64,000 nt of DNA from assembly GCF_001194135.2 (NCBI RefSeq), contig NC_068998.1:51810981-51874980 (forward strand), in the 5' to 3' direction. Of this stretch, positions 28,490-41,901 are shown in pieces. Under the pieces are notes generated by a model, which was not told the origin of the DNA, did not search any database, and saw nothing but the letters and a program-made list of their open reading frames with translations. Both the position numbers and the translations under genes were made by a program. This DNA comes from Octopus bimaculoides (taxonomy: Eukaryota). Numbering within the stretch: position 1 is the first letter of the stretch; each line of letters begins with the position of its first letter.

Positions 28490-28880
28490 GTAGCATGCAA
28501 TCCCAACTTGATTCCACAAATATTTTCTTTGGTGAACTAGCTGTTGGTTCCTAGTCATGTCATGAACCAAAGAGATACAAAACACTCTCAAGACTACCTT
28601 GAAAAATGTAACTTAGAGCAGTCTCCTTAGGAACATCTTGCTCAAGGCTGCAGCATTATGCTGTGTACTCTGGAGTACTGCTCCAAGAAGAGACAAACTA
28701 AAGAGAGGAATGCTGTACAAAAAGTAAAAGCCCCTCTGGGCCCTGACTCTGCTATTATATGCCCTCACTGTAACCACAGGTTTTATGCCAATATTTGCCT
28801 AATAAGCCACCTCAGGACCCACAAAGTCTCAAACTGCAGAACTGGCCATTTTCAGAGACATGAAGGACAAACATTATTGG
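28490..28880 (+). mobile_element. RTE-clade LINE 3' fragment
   Basis: Degenerate IFFGELAVG...PKRYK followed by the terminal C2H2 motif CPHCNHRFYANICLISHLRTH, typical of RTE ORF C-termini. Confidence 0.75.
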
Positions 28881-29312
28881 TCAGTCATTCAGGTTGATTT
28901 TATTACTTTATATATTTTGAACCATCTTCCCTGGACTACATAACTTTGAATATACTTCTATACATTAAACAGAATCGCCGCTTGACGTTGATAACGATTT
29001 CGGTTTCTTCTGAAATAAAATTTTACTTGTTAACTTATTACGTTCGCACCTTGATATTCTCACAGTATTTTCCCAGACATATTCAGAGATCACTAACATT
29101 TCTTTCTTTCATCTTTCTCGGAATTGTTACAGTAATTTGACAAGAAAGAAATGCTTATATACTCAGATGTGTTATCTAAATTGGATTATAATGTTGCATA
29201 GTAAAAAACATCATTAGAAAGTTACTTCTTGTTATTTATTACCCATACACTATGCAGAGTGAAGACACGGTGTAATGTAATCCTAGTAAATTAAAATCGT
29301 ATTATTTATATA

Positions 29313-29354
<42 letters not shown>

Positions 29355-29355
<1 letters not shown>

Positions 29356-29580
29356 ATAGGTGCAGACATAGCTATGTGGTAAGAAGTTTACTTCCCAGCA
29401 ACATGGGCCAGCTTGGGCAAGTCTCCTCTACTACAGCCTTGGGCTAACCGAAGCCTTATGAGTGGATTTGGTAGATGGAAGCTGAAAGAAGACCATCATG
29501 TATGTGTGTCTTTGTTTCTGTGTTTGTTGCCCACCACTACCTGACAACCAGTGTTGGTGTGTTTACATCCCTGTAACAGA
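29355..29580 (+). mobile_element. Family B SINE, 5' and central part
   Basis: gtggtaagaagtttacttcc...cttgggcaagtc...gagtggatttggtagatggaagctgaaagaag. Confidence 0.75.
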
Positions 29581-29647
29581 TGTTTAGTTGTGAGAGGGTG
29601 GTAGTGGAAAGAGTAACAACGTGGTCCCTAACAGGCAGGAGTTAACT

Positions 29648-29853
29648 GGCACTGTTAGTTATAACGACAAGGGTTCCAGCTGATCCAATCAATGGAACAG
29701 ATGACTCGTGAAATTAACATGCAAGTGGCTGAGCACTCCACAGACGTGCTTTCTATTAATGTAGTTCTCAGGGAGATTCAGCATGATATAAGATGTGTCA
29801 AGGGTGGCCCTTTGAAATACAGGTACTACTCATTTTTTACCAGCAGAGTGGAC
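29648..29853 (-). mobile_element. Family C SINE fragment
   Basis: gggttccagctgatccaatcaatggaacag...gtggctgagcactccacagac...ccctttgaaatacaggtact. Confidence 0.75.
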
Positions 29854-32744
29854 TGGAATCTATCTACAAACATTATTTTGGACCACCAAACCCCCCAAAA
29901 CAGCTGCTGAATTTGTAATATTTTTCTTCAACCCCCTTTAATTTTTGATATCATTTCTATTCTGTGTAAATCAGACCTTTTTGTACATAGACATATATAC
30001 ATTTTTTTGTATCTCATGAATTTAATGTATTTTGTATTTTGACCTGCCTAACTTGCTTAACCTTACATTTATTTCTCTGCCCACTCAAATTTAAACTTCT
30101 TGAGCACTACTAAGTATATATATTCTATATGGCTAATCTTGATGCTGAACATCAAGAGCCAATAATGAAGGATGTATTTGGTCACTCAACCCACTAAAAA
30201 TACCAACGAAATCACCCACTAAATAGAAATAGTAAATATTATGTTACCCTACCTTTGGTATTCGAGTAGTATTTTTTCTGCCTTGTGTTGCACCTATGTA
30301 CTTTGTACAAACACACAGACACACACACACACACTAATTTAAAAGTGCATTTGGATTAAAAAGCAAGAGAAAACTTAGAATTCCATAGTTATAGCAGATT
30401 TTTATGTTTTTTATTCAATGCTTAAAAAGAAATGCATTCTTTTTTTTTTTTTTTTTCATTTTTCTGTCATTTTAGAGTCATTCAGACGTAAACTAGTTTA
30501 TATAGAAGTAACAAGTCACTGATTGACGCTAAACATTGTTTCTAAGTTTCAACTTAACAATGGTTAGTTCTAGAACTTCCTCGTTGTTCCTCATATATTT
30601 TAGGAAAGAAAAAACATATATTTACACCAACTATTTTGCCTGTGCAGTGATGCTTTTACCATAACTGTCCTACCTTTTTACCTCTTTTTTTGTTTTACAT
30701 TTTGACAGCAAAACCATTCTAGATATGTAGACATCAGTTATAAAACATAAAAAAAAATTAGCACCATTGAAAGTCATGTGTAGAATAGATAATATCTATA
30801 AAAAATATTTTCCAGAAAGAAAAACGAAAAGGGAAAAGTAAAACATCTATGATGTGAAAGAATTTTTTTCTATTTCATTTACTTTCCGTTTTTTTTTTTT
30901 GGTTTTTTTTCCTGAATTCCAATTCTGGGTGAGTCTTGAGATTTTCATTATTCTTTATATATTGGGTTTGTTACCTAAAGGGACAAATTCTGATATGGTA
31001 CTAAGGTTCATGCAGAATACTAATATCATAGAATGATTATCTTTCATCCTCATCTTCCCCTCCCTCTTTCATGTGTGTATGTCTTCCCATGTGTACATAT
31101 GTGTGTGTGTGTGTGTTTTTATCTATGTGTGTCTACTTCAGTGGGGCTTCTTCCCCCCCACTGCTTTTCATTTCAATGACATCAGATTAGGAAATGTTTG
31201 ATCAATATAAGACAGTCATGTGAATTTGTTATTTTTGCTGTAGGCACAGACATGGTTGTCTGCTTCAGAAATGAATTTCTCGACCACATTGTTTCAGGTT
31301 CAGCTCCACTATGCAGCATCTTGTGCAAGTATCTTCTGCTGTAATCTTAGGCTGACCAAAGCCTCTTGAGTGGATATGGATTTGGTAGATGGAAACTGAA
31401 GAAGCCTGTTGTGTGTGTGTTGTGTTTCCCTTCTGTTTTCTGGTTTCTAAACAATGGCTCCCTGCCAGTGCCATTGGCTTGCACACCACAACAAAAGGAT
31501 GGCTAAGCTTCCTGATATATCTTGACATGTTGCATGATCTTTGTGAACAAAGTTCCCCTTAAACCATGTTGTTTGTTTCCATTTCTCCACATAAAACCTG
31601 CTTGGATTCAGCGGACTGATAGATTATTACCTCACTTGAAAACAAGTGGGGGTCGGTTGGCAACTGGAAGAGCACCTGACCATAGAAAACTCTCTGACCT
31701 ATGCTAGCATGGAAAAGCAGATGTTAAAACAAAGATGATGATGGCAGTGGTGGTGGTGGTGGTGGTGGTGGCAGCGGCAATAATTAATCTCTAAGTTGGC
31801 TCTTATTGAATAGCGCTCTGATATAAGGCATTCCAGCCAACCATGACTATCCTGTCTGTTTTTATTCACACATGGTGTATTTTATATTACAGCATTGATC
31901 ATGTTGATGAGATGAAAGACAAGGGAGCCTGTATGCAGACATTTGACCTACTTGATAAAAATAGCAGTTAAATTGCCCTCATATTATATCCTACCTTAGA
32001 AAGTTTTAAAATAATATGGATCACAGCTGGAGTGCCTTTTACTATAGTTCAACTTGTAAAAGCTCATCTGGGAACTAAAAGCATTCAATGTATTTTGTTC
32101 TACTTTTGTAGTAAGAAGAACACATTGCTCAGCACTCGGTCAACCTGGTGCTAAACATTGTTTGTTGGAATTTTACCATTGCCACCAGCATTGTCAGCAT
32201 TTTCTCAACCACTACCACCATCATTACTATCAGATATCTCCTGTTCAATCGTGCATGTGTTGTATGGCACTGCAAGTCAGCATCCTTCCATATGTCCCAA
32301 ATCAAGTGTTATTTTCAGGTACATAGTTTTTTATCTATTCATCTGAAAATGTAAGTGTTTTAATAATCAATGTTAAGATTAAGGCCTTGTTTAGAATTCA
32401 GTACTTTCATCTAATGCTTTAGACAAAGAAATAAATAGATAACAGAAAAGAATATTTGAAGCATTGGTATGTTTTCTAAGAAATATTTTCTGACAAAATT
32501 CTCACTCCTTTTCTGAATCTACAGTTACAGAAAAATGACTTTGTTTTTCTGTGCTCATGACGAAGTGGTTAAGAAGTTCAGTTCACAATCACATGGTTTC
32601 AGGTTTGATCCTGTTCCGTGGCACTTTGGGCAAGTGTCTTCCATTATTGCCTTCTGAATGACGACCTATTTTACTAAGAAAAGTGCATTGCAGAGCTTGT
32701 AAGTTATGCATTATATTAGGTTAGCAGTGCAGTCAAAGGAGTTA

Positions 32745-33260
32745 ATAGCATTGAATAGTTGACCTAAAGGAGATGAAGTAACAAGTAAAGCCTAGAGATG
32801 AAGGGCATGTTGACATGATAGGCTGGTTGTGTGTAAGGGCAAGGGAATTCTGATGAGTAGATTTCCATTGAGCTTCGTTTCTTATGAAGAATAGTAGTGG
32901 AAACCTAGGGAAGATAGGAGCAGCTTGCAAGGTCAGATAACAGAAAGAGAAAGTTGAAAAGGTGGGTGTACTGAAATGGCCAAGTCATAAGGTAGAAGAT
33001 AAGAGAGAAAGAAATTCAAACTCTAGCAGGTTGAGTGCAACAATAGGGCAAATGAATTGGTTCAAATAGAGGGCAGCTCCGTGATAGGTTGAGGGCACCC
33101 AAATGAGAAGTAGGAGAAAAAATTAAGCATTTATTTCAACTTAGAAATGAAGTCAGGATCTTTGCTGTAGAGACAGCAAAGCAGGAGCAATGGTTAGCAG
33201 CACAATTAGGGGATATATAGAGAATGCACTTGGTATTCCTAATTGAGATTTCTCCGATAT
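32745..33260 (-). mobile_element. Possible degraded CR1/L2-type LINE RT 3' fragment
   Basis: Purine-skewed complex block; only weak resemblance to an RT C-terminus on the minus strand. Confidence 0.25.
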
Positions 33261-34274
33261 ATTCTAAATTTAACTTCAGAGCTAATCAATAGCTCTGTGG
33301 AGATACTTGATTGTCTTTCCAATTAACAGTATTTTATTAATTAAAGAGGTAGATGCTAATCATAGCATAATTATTGATTTATAACGGAGGTACAGTACTC
33401 GAAATAAGGCGTAGCCGATTAAATTTACCTCAGTACTTGTTGGGTTCTCTATTTTATCAACCCCTGAAGGACAAAAGGCAGTGTTGACCTTGACAGGAGT
33501 TTGAACTTTGAATATAACACTATACAACTCAACACCACCATGTTATTTTTGTGTCACTCTATTGATTCTGACAATCCAGTGATATCATGATTATTTGAAA
33601 AAAATATTCCACTAAGAATCTTCTCTTATGCTCATTTTCCCTTCTTGTAAAAAGATGCCATAGGAATTACAGAACAGTTTCTTGTATGTGTGTTCTTTAT
33701 CTTTGGTTTTGCATTAAATAAAGTAGGCCAAATGAGAAAAAGCATTCCTGCCAAGTCCATCTTGTCTTTTTGTATATCTGAGGCTACATTATCCAACGTG
33801 TATTTCCTTTTTTAAAAAAACATTAGAGTGTAATTTGGATTGTTAATGCTAACAAGTCAAGTAATTGCATAGACGCTGTCTTGTTCATTCATTTGAGATG
33901 TAGTGTATCTATACGATAGCACAAGATGAACACATGCAGAGACATGCTGTGCCAAGGTTACACTGATATCTTTCTCAATCTCTTGTTATCATTACACAAG
34001 ACATCAGTTCTGTGCTCTGGATATAATTATTTCACATAAAAGATATTCTTGTCTTAGTTTTGCTCCCATCTCATATGCATAACGCTATACTTGACATTTA
34101 CTCTGTTTTGCATCAGTCTCCATTTCAGACTTCTTTTTTTTTATTGTTTTTGCTAACTATTTGAACCATCTTTATCTTTTACTTGTTTCAGTCATTGGAC
34201 TGTGGCCATGCTAGAGCACTGCTTTCAAGAGTTTAGTGAAATAAATCGTCCCCAGTACTTTTTATATATTTTTT

Positions 34275-34820
34275 TTTAGTACTCAACTGGTCCTTATTTT
34301 ATCAACCCTGAAAGGGTGAAAAACAAAATCAACCTCAGTGGATTTTGAACTCAGAATGTAGAAGAAGGACAAAGTGCCGCTAAGCATTTTGTCTGGCATG
34401 TTAAGGATACTGCTAGATCGCCCCCTTAATAATAATAATAATAATAATAATACTAATAATACTTATTTTATCAACCCCGAAAAGATGAAAGGCAAAGTCT
34501 ACCTCAGCGGAATTTGAAAGATAAAGTCGACTTCGGCAGCATTTGAACTCAGAACCTAAAGATGGAGAAAATGCTGCTAAGCATTTTGTCTGATGTGTTA
34601 ACAGTTTGGCCAGCTCACTACCTTAGTAATAATAATAATTAGTACTTCAAATTTTTGCCAGAAGGGCAGCTTGTGGGAGGGAATTAAGTCGATTACATCG
34701 ACCCCAGTGCATAACAGTTACTTATTTAATGAACCCCGAAAGGATGAAAGGCAAAGTCAACATGACAGGCGAAATACCACTTAGCCTGGCGCGCTAATGA
34801 TTCTGCCAGCTCGCCACCTA
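34275..34820 (-). mobile_element. Head-to-tail array of 3-4 family A SINEs
   Basis: Repeated ccccgaaaggatgaaaggcaaagtc...gaatttgaactcagaa blocks separated by (AAT)n. Confidence 0.8.
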
Positions 34821-35924
34821 GTAATGATAAGGATAATAAAGATTTCTTTATTGACCATAAGGGCTTCAAGAGATATGGAACTTTCACTTGGAGTTACACA
34901 GAATGAAAAAATAATTTGGTGCGTTTAAAAATAGACGTAAATCCAAAGGGATCAGGTGAAAGATGTTATACAATATATGCAAGGATGCATTAGTAATTTC
35001 AAAGTTGCAGGTACACACTCACAACTACATATATTCACATATGCAAACACATACACACACACATTGGTACATAAATTATTAAAAGCATATGGTAAAATAT
35101 ACAGTAATTAAAGCAAAAAATACTTTAAAGTAAACAAAGCATATAAGATTACTAGTTAGATTGAGTTGAGCACTCCCTAACCCTGTTTACTTAACTATTT
35201 CTCAAAATGTATTCAAGTTCAATCAAATGCACCATTTTTTAAAAATGTATTTAATATTGTAACACCAACATTCTTAAAGATATTCTTTTTATAAGTTCAG
35301 TATAGTGTCATCATTTTAATTTTACTGGCAGCCTATCTTTTGCATGTTGTTTATAATCTGAACCTAATTGTATACATGTCATTACAACTTCTGAAAGACC
35401 ATGACACCACAGATGTGTAATTTTACCTACTAAGTGTTTGTTTCATTTTCAAAGAATGGTGAATCTTGGTTCATGTTCATCCTTTGCGTTTCCTTCAGTT
35501 TTCTGAAGGAGGGATTTCATCTCCAACCAGAAGAGATGTTCCTTCTTACCTGTCTTTCTTATTTTGTGCTGAGCTTTCCTTCTCCACAATAATTTTTCTC
35601 CTTTTTGCCTTTTGTATTTTTCTCTGTAATTATTTCTTCCTTATCATACAATGTATGATGGTACAGATCGGTGCAGTTAGAAGATGAGATGTATGTTTAT
35701 TTGTTATACTTGGTCCAAAGATATTACCTTGCTATCTCCAGAGTTTTAGCTGGTGGTACTCTGGAAAACAGGGTTTGTTGTTCTTCTTGTCATTGCAGTT
35801 TGCTCATCATTACTTTTGTTACTTAGGTTTCCTAGTACTTCAAAACATACACCCCTGTGTTTTACTCCAACAAATATAACAGCTAGGCTTTCTACTCTGT
35901 ATCATCAATTGCATACCTAATGTT

Positions 35925-36380
35925 TTGAGCTGGCAGAATAGTTAAAGCATTGGAAAAAGATGCTGTTTAGCATTTGTTCCAGTTCTTGGCTTTGTGAGTT
36001 CAAATTACACTGAGGTCAACTTTGCCTTCCATTCTTCTGAAGTTGATAAAATAAAGTGCCCGTCAATTACTAGAGTTGATGTAATCAGCTGTACCCCTAC
36101 CACTAAAACTGTTGGCCTTGTGCCAAAATTTGAAACAATTATTATTATTATTATTAAAGTGGTGAGCTGACAGAATCATTGGCACATTGTATGAAATGCT
36201 TAGCAGTATTTCACTCATCACTACATTCTGAGTTCTAATTCTGCCAAGGTTGACTTTGCCTTTCAACTTTTCAGGGTCGATAAAATAAGTACCAGTTGAG
36301 CGTTGGGAGTTGATGTAATGAACTACCCCACTCCTCACAAAATTTCAGGCTTTGCGCCCTTAGTTGAAAAGATTATTATT
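35925..36380 (+). mobile_element. Two tandem family A SINEs
   Basis: gagctggcagaat heads at ~35927 and ~36163; an (ATT)n run joins the first tail to the second head. Confidence 0.8.
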
Positions 36381-37821
36381 ATCATAAACTATTCAATGAA
36401 AGCTATGCCATTATCTTTTTTTCAGGCAAAAAAGATATTCAGTAATATTTGTTTTGTATTTTGAGCAATTAAACAGATATATATATATATATTTATAAAT
36501 GCCAAATAAATTTTTTTTTTTACTTATTTATCGCTAATATAACTAAAGAAAAAAATATGTTATACTAATTCAGTTTCCATTTGTGTCATTCCCAATTATC
36601 ATTATATTGCTTTAAAATGTTTCATAATTTACTGGCATCATTGATGCTGGGAGGGGAAATACACCTGCAATAAACACTAAGATCATACATCCATCCATTC
36701 TTATTGAATGCTTATATTATCAGGTTAGAAAATGCATATGAAATTGCTTTTTGGTTCTGAATATAAAAGCAAAAAAATAAAACCTGGATTTTTCTGGAAA
36801 TGATGCCATTTTTACTAAGCTTTTAAATTACATTTTCTTAATTGTAATTACGAATATGAAACCTATCCCAATTATGTTTAAATTAATGATCAGGCCACCA
36901 CCTCTTTCTTTTTAAAATTCTGAATACATACATTCATAGTGCCAGGTAAACATGCAAACACACACACACACACCCTATATACAGCATATTGAATGTAGAC
37001 ATGCTGTCATTACATGTTATAGATGTATATATATATATATACACATATATACATTTATATACACTTGCTATATTAAATGAAGATAGATGCTCTATTTCAT
37101 TCTAAATTATAGGTATACATTTCTTTATTACACTCAGCATATTAAATTTGAACATTTCTCTATTAAGTACCTATATTATAGGTATACATGCCAATGTATA
37201 TTAACTGTTGACATGGTTTGCTATACATGTCACGTTTTAGATTACATATACTTTCACCATACACATATGCATGAATTCACACTCTAACAATTGCTTTCAA
37301 ATTCAGGCAGGTTTTACTTTAGAGGAATAAACAATGAGTCCCAAAAGCTTCCGGTAGCACTACATTACCATCCAATATACTTTTATTGAGGAATATATTC
37401 TATATGAAGTAGCATTGGGGGAGATCATTTACATGCAAATATCCTTGATAGAAATTATCAATTTATGAGGATTATAGTCTTTGAAATATTTCAGATTTGT
37501 TGAAGTTACATATGTTACGTTTACAAACAATCTTTTAGTGGAAATTTTTGTATTTGCAGTCGATTGTACAGAATGTGTGGATTGATTATGACGTGTGTTA
37601 GCAATACTAGAGGAAAATATCGAACTGTGGCCTGTAGAATGAAAGCAAAAATTGAGTGAATTAGTTCTGTTGTTAACATATGATTTTTCTATCTTTGGGG
37701 ATGATATTCTATTTGCAAACAAAAGATAGATTCACAGACACATTACTTTTTGTTTTTATCACCAGATGATTTAATTTTGGCCCCAAATATTTTTTTTCTC
37801 CTTTATAAATCCAAAATTTAA

Positions 37822-38040
37822 AACTTTAGTATTCAGATTACTCTATCAAATGTAATGCTTATTTATTGACTTTGTTTTGAATTAATTATACATTAACTTA
37901 TAGCTTTGAGATTTCAACGATATAATTGCTTATATTTGAAATGATATTGTATGGTAGGTGTGCTAGGGCAGATTTGGCTAGTTTAAACATAAAAAGCCAG
38001 GATATTCAGGCTAGATATGACAGAATTAAGTGCTAAAGGG
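37822..38040. mobile_element. piggyBac-like MITE
   Basis: TTAA on both sides; right end gctaaaggg|ttaa is intact, left end ttaa|aactttagtatt is a decayed ccctttagca. Confidence 0.6.
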
Positions 38041-38073
38041 TTAAGAAAATGCTACAAAAAAAAAATGAGTAAT

Positions 38074-38146
38074 ATGATTATAGGTTAATGATTATAGGTT
38101 AATGATTATAGGTTAATGATTATAGGTTAATGATTATAGGTTAATG
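38074..38146. repeat. 14-bp minisatellite (tgattataggttaa) x5
   Basis: Five perfect tandem copies read directly. Confidence 0.95.
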
Positions 38147-38449
38147 GCATATTTGTTATCAGATAATAATTGTATATTGTATTTCTTCTTAAATTAGAAA
38201 TTGTAAAACAATAATGAGTTGAAAACCTCAAATGACCCTCACCAAATTTACCTAATAAGCTGATACTAAATTTTTGTTCACATTTGTTTAAGATTTTCAC
38301 ATCTGTAGATATGACCTTTGTTAACACTCACACCTTCAATAAATGGCGTGGATATAAAAATGTCAGTTAGAAATGGAAACTAAGATTAAATAAATATAGT
38401 GTGTGTGTGTGAAGGAGAGAGAGAGAGAGAGAGATGTATATAAAAGTAG

Positions 38450-40450
38450 AAGACATCAGTATTTCAGTCATACACTACCACACAAAGCATTGTTATGAAC
38501 ATTTGCCAAATCAACCGCTGCCATGCTATAGAGGCACTTCATCTGTTGCTTCTTCCATCTTTATTTTGAGGGAGTTAATGACAATCATGATGAATTTACT
38601 AATGGCACCAGTGATTTTTATTGCCACCAATTCAGAGAGATATGCATCTGGCTATGGTCCATTATCTCTTATATGTTTTAATCTTTTATCACAGCATTCA
38701 ATGAGCATAGCCTCGGAGATGTTCTTGCCAGCCTAAGTTTTAGTGACCTTAGCATCCCTGACGCAAAACAAATAGAAAACAGGCATTTGCTATTGCTATG
38801 GTCCAGTCCAATGAGCTCTAAGATCACCAATATTCCTTTATAAATTATTTCAGTATCCAGAGAGCATCTCCTACACTGAAGGGGCATCAACTCTAACACA
38901 TCTACACTTTGATATTTATCACTTGTCTGGGCGCATGTAAAGAGCCATACTAACTTGGAAGATACCACTATCTAAGCTTGGCACCAATCTTGGGCCCCAG
39001 AAAGAACTGAGTAAGGCATTGCTACATGGAACTTGTCCATCTGTTACAATTATGAAAGATATGGATTTTTTTTCTTCTTGTCTACAAACACATAATACAT
39101 ATGTTTCTCAAATGTTGCCTCACCCCAGTCATATCACCAAAATAAATTATCTCCTCTAAAACAAGCAGTATATGGTATATGGATGAGGAAATGTATCATT
39201 CTCAGGCCTCCTTCCCATACTGCATAATAGCATATCTGGTAACTGCCCACAAACTTTCAATCACAAAGCCCAGCTGATTTGGTTGTATCACAGACTGAAG
39301 TTTAAATTTGACAGTGCAATGCAGAATGCTGCATGCTTGAAAGTGTTGCCTACAGAGGTGAATCTTTATCCACCATCTTTATAATGTAATACAGTTTGTG
39401 CTGTTGAACAGAATGTTTCCCAACTGTACGCATGGATCTTGTCAACAAGTACCGGCTTCACGAATTGGTGTTGTAGCCTCCAGTAGTTTTGTACCTGACT
39501 CATTTTATTGATTATGGACCCAAGTTTTTCAGAGAGCAAGACTTAAAGTTGTTAGGGACAACAGCAGATCAAGAGTTAGTTTGTTGAGTTCATCACTTTG
39601 AGGATAACAGATTCAATCATGCATTTGAATATCTGATCTGACTTAAATGAGTGGTTGTGCAGTATAAACCTGTTCCACATGACATCCCATCTGTATGTTT
39701 CATTTGCAAGATCAGCAAGCATGTTGCTTGATGAGATTCTTGTCATAGCTTCTTTGATGATAAAAATCAACAAACTCACTGTCTACTTGCAGATGATGTA
39801 GTTGTTTTCTTTTATCAAACACAGTGATTGGATTACTTTCTGTGAGCGTCCACTTAGCTGAGATAAACACACCAGTTGTGACATAGTTATTGATTTTTTT
39901 ACTTGATGTTTGCGGTTAGGTTGTCATTTCCCTTGTCTTCATTGTATTGTTTAAGTGCCACTAATGTGAAGTAGGCAAATTTTAACCATTTCATATCATT
40001 ATTATCGAGTACATTTGATAAAATGGTAAGTAGCCATCGATTCACTTGACTAGCTCTCTTTGGGACACTGGATATAGGTTGATTCATACAGCATGAAGAT
40101 TTCTATCTTTCCCAGTATGCTTCTGCTCCGAGAATATTGAGATTCTCACTGACGTTGATGGGAGCAGTTTATATTGCACACCTATAAATGTAATACAACC
40201 ATATTGACAATTTCAATGATGACAATAGATGTAAGCTTACCTGAGTCAAGTGATACTATCTATTGTAAAGTCTGTCCATCTTATGATTAACTTCCATTTC
40301 CTATACTTGTACTAAAGGTTGATGCTCTGACAGGCATTCCATTTTGATTGGCTAACATTAGTGTGACATAGTTGTATGTGGTCTGACTGTGGTTGGGAGG
40401 AGATCATTGTTATAAATGTTAGGTGAATGGGGTTTGGGGGATGGGAGCTG
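38450..40450 (-). pseudogene. Possible heavily decayed DNA-transposon (hAT/BED-like) coding remnant
   Basis: About 2 kb of complex sequence free of SINEs and microsatellites; scattered minus-strand motifs GNDNLTANIK, LRAHW and AGKNISEAM...IRDNG, with many stops. Confidence 0.25.
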
Positions 40451-41349
40451 TGGCAGATTGTTATTTTTCATTTTGTTTTATATATATTTCACATGAACAA
40501 TAGTTTCTATTCAGTTTTCTAACATATTACTAAATTGTATAGATACCTCACTATAAAATGTGACTCACATATATCCAGAAAACTGATATCCCTACTACTA
40601 CTACTATTGTCTGTGTATCAAATATGCTATGATGGGCAATGACACAAGAGCTTTGCCATTGGTTATGTTGCTGCTGCTACTGCTGCTACTACTACTACTG
40701 TTTCTGATCTACCAAATATATTAATCTTTCATTAGTTGTTTACAATTGTTATTTTAGATTTTCTTTTATAGTAAGCGTGTGATTTGGTTTCAACTCCTGC
40801 TTGAAGTTGTTCTCTTCTTCTGCTTACTTCATAACTGACTTCAAAGATAAAATGTATCTCTCAATTTACTACTTTTCTGACCACCAAAAACTTCTGGCTC
40901 TTCTAAATGCTATGATTTAATTCTTCTTATTTATTTTGTTCCAAACTAATATATCTACAAACTCCAACCATTGTCACCATCTTAACAGATAATCTTGTCC
41001 GATAGGTCTCAGAGAAGGTGGATTGTTCTCTCTTACATAACACCACTGTTACAAATTAAGGCTATTCACAACGTTAGTGATGCTAAAGGAAGAAAGATTC
41101 GTACACATGCATCTTATATAAATAGAATTACTTAAGAACTGTAGACAACAAACTTCCTACTGTGCATTCCTTTGAAATTATTTGCCGCTGGTGCCATGTT
41201 TTGGATAGATCCATGTTTTGGATAGATCTGGTTTCTTCTGTGATGGCACTCATGACTATTTACCAGAAATGAACTGGCTTAACAATGGACTATTTCTTGA
41301 ACTTTCCAAACATAAACTAATTCTGTTATCGAAGGTGCGGCCATGAATT

Positions 41350-41755
41350 TTCTGGTTTAGATCTTCACTTCCAAGTCCCATAGTTCCAGATTCAGTCCTA
41401 CTTTATGGCACCTTGGCAAGTGTCTTTTACTATAGCCTCAGACCGACAAAAATCTTCTGAGTGGATTTGGTGAATAGAAACTGAGAGAAGCCTGTCATAC
41501 ATATATAAACAGACACACACACAAACATATGTATGTGTGTTTGCGTCTCCTTGTTTTGACATCATGTGATAGTTGTAAGCAAGTGTCACTGTCATACAAG
41601 TTGCCAGTCTTGTTTGGAAACATGTCCAGCCAATCAGAAAAGCAGAAAAACATCTTACCTGAAAACAGGGAAGGGTGGGTGTTTAGAGAGGCATCCAGCT
41701 GTAGAAAATTTACATTACAAATTTTGGCCACTTAATGCAAGCATAGAAAAGTGAA
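41350..41755 (+). mobile_element. Family B head joined to an (ATG)n-type tail (family B/D composite SINE)
   Basis: ggcaccttggcaagtgtc...gagtggatttgg followed by gaggcatccagctgtagaaaat...gcaagcatagaaaagtgaac. Confidence 0.7.
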
Positions 41756-41901
41756 CCTTTGAGAAATGCTAGACTAATTCTTTCCCTTTTGTACAGACTG
41801 TTAAGGCAGTCTGTTACAGTAGGCTATTTGGCTCCCACATTATTACCTTTATTCATCAGACAGTGTACCACCAGTTTTATTGGGACCATTTTAATTGTAA
41901 G

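Noticed and set aside
35460-35690. Minus-strand donor (cag|gtaaga, ~35550) suggesting a nested antisense gene
   Set aside because: No matching acceptor, homology or further exons found; the purine-rich tract explains the open frame.
38074-38146. 14-bp array as CRISPR or interstitial telomere
   Set aside because: No spacers, eukaryotic context, and the unit is not TTAGGG or TTAGG.
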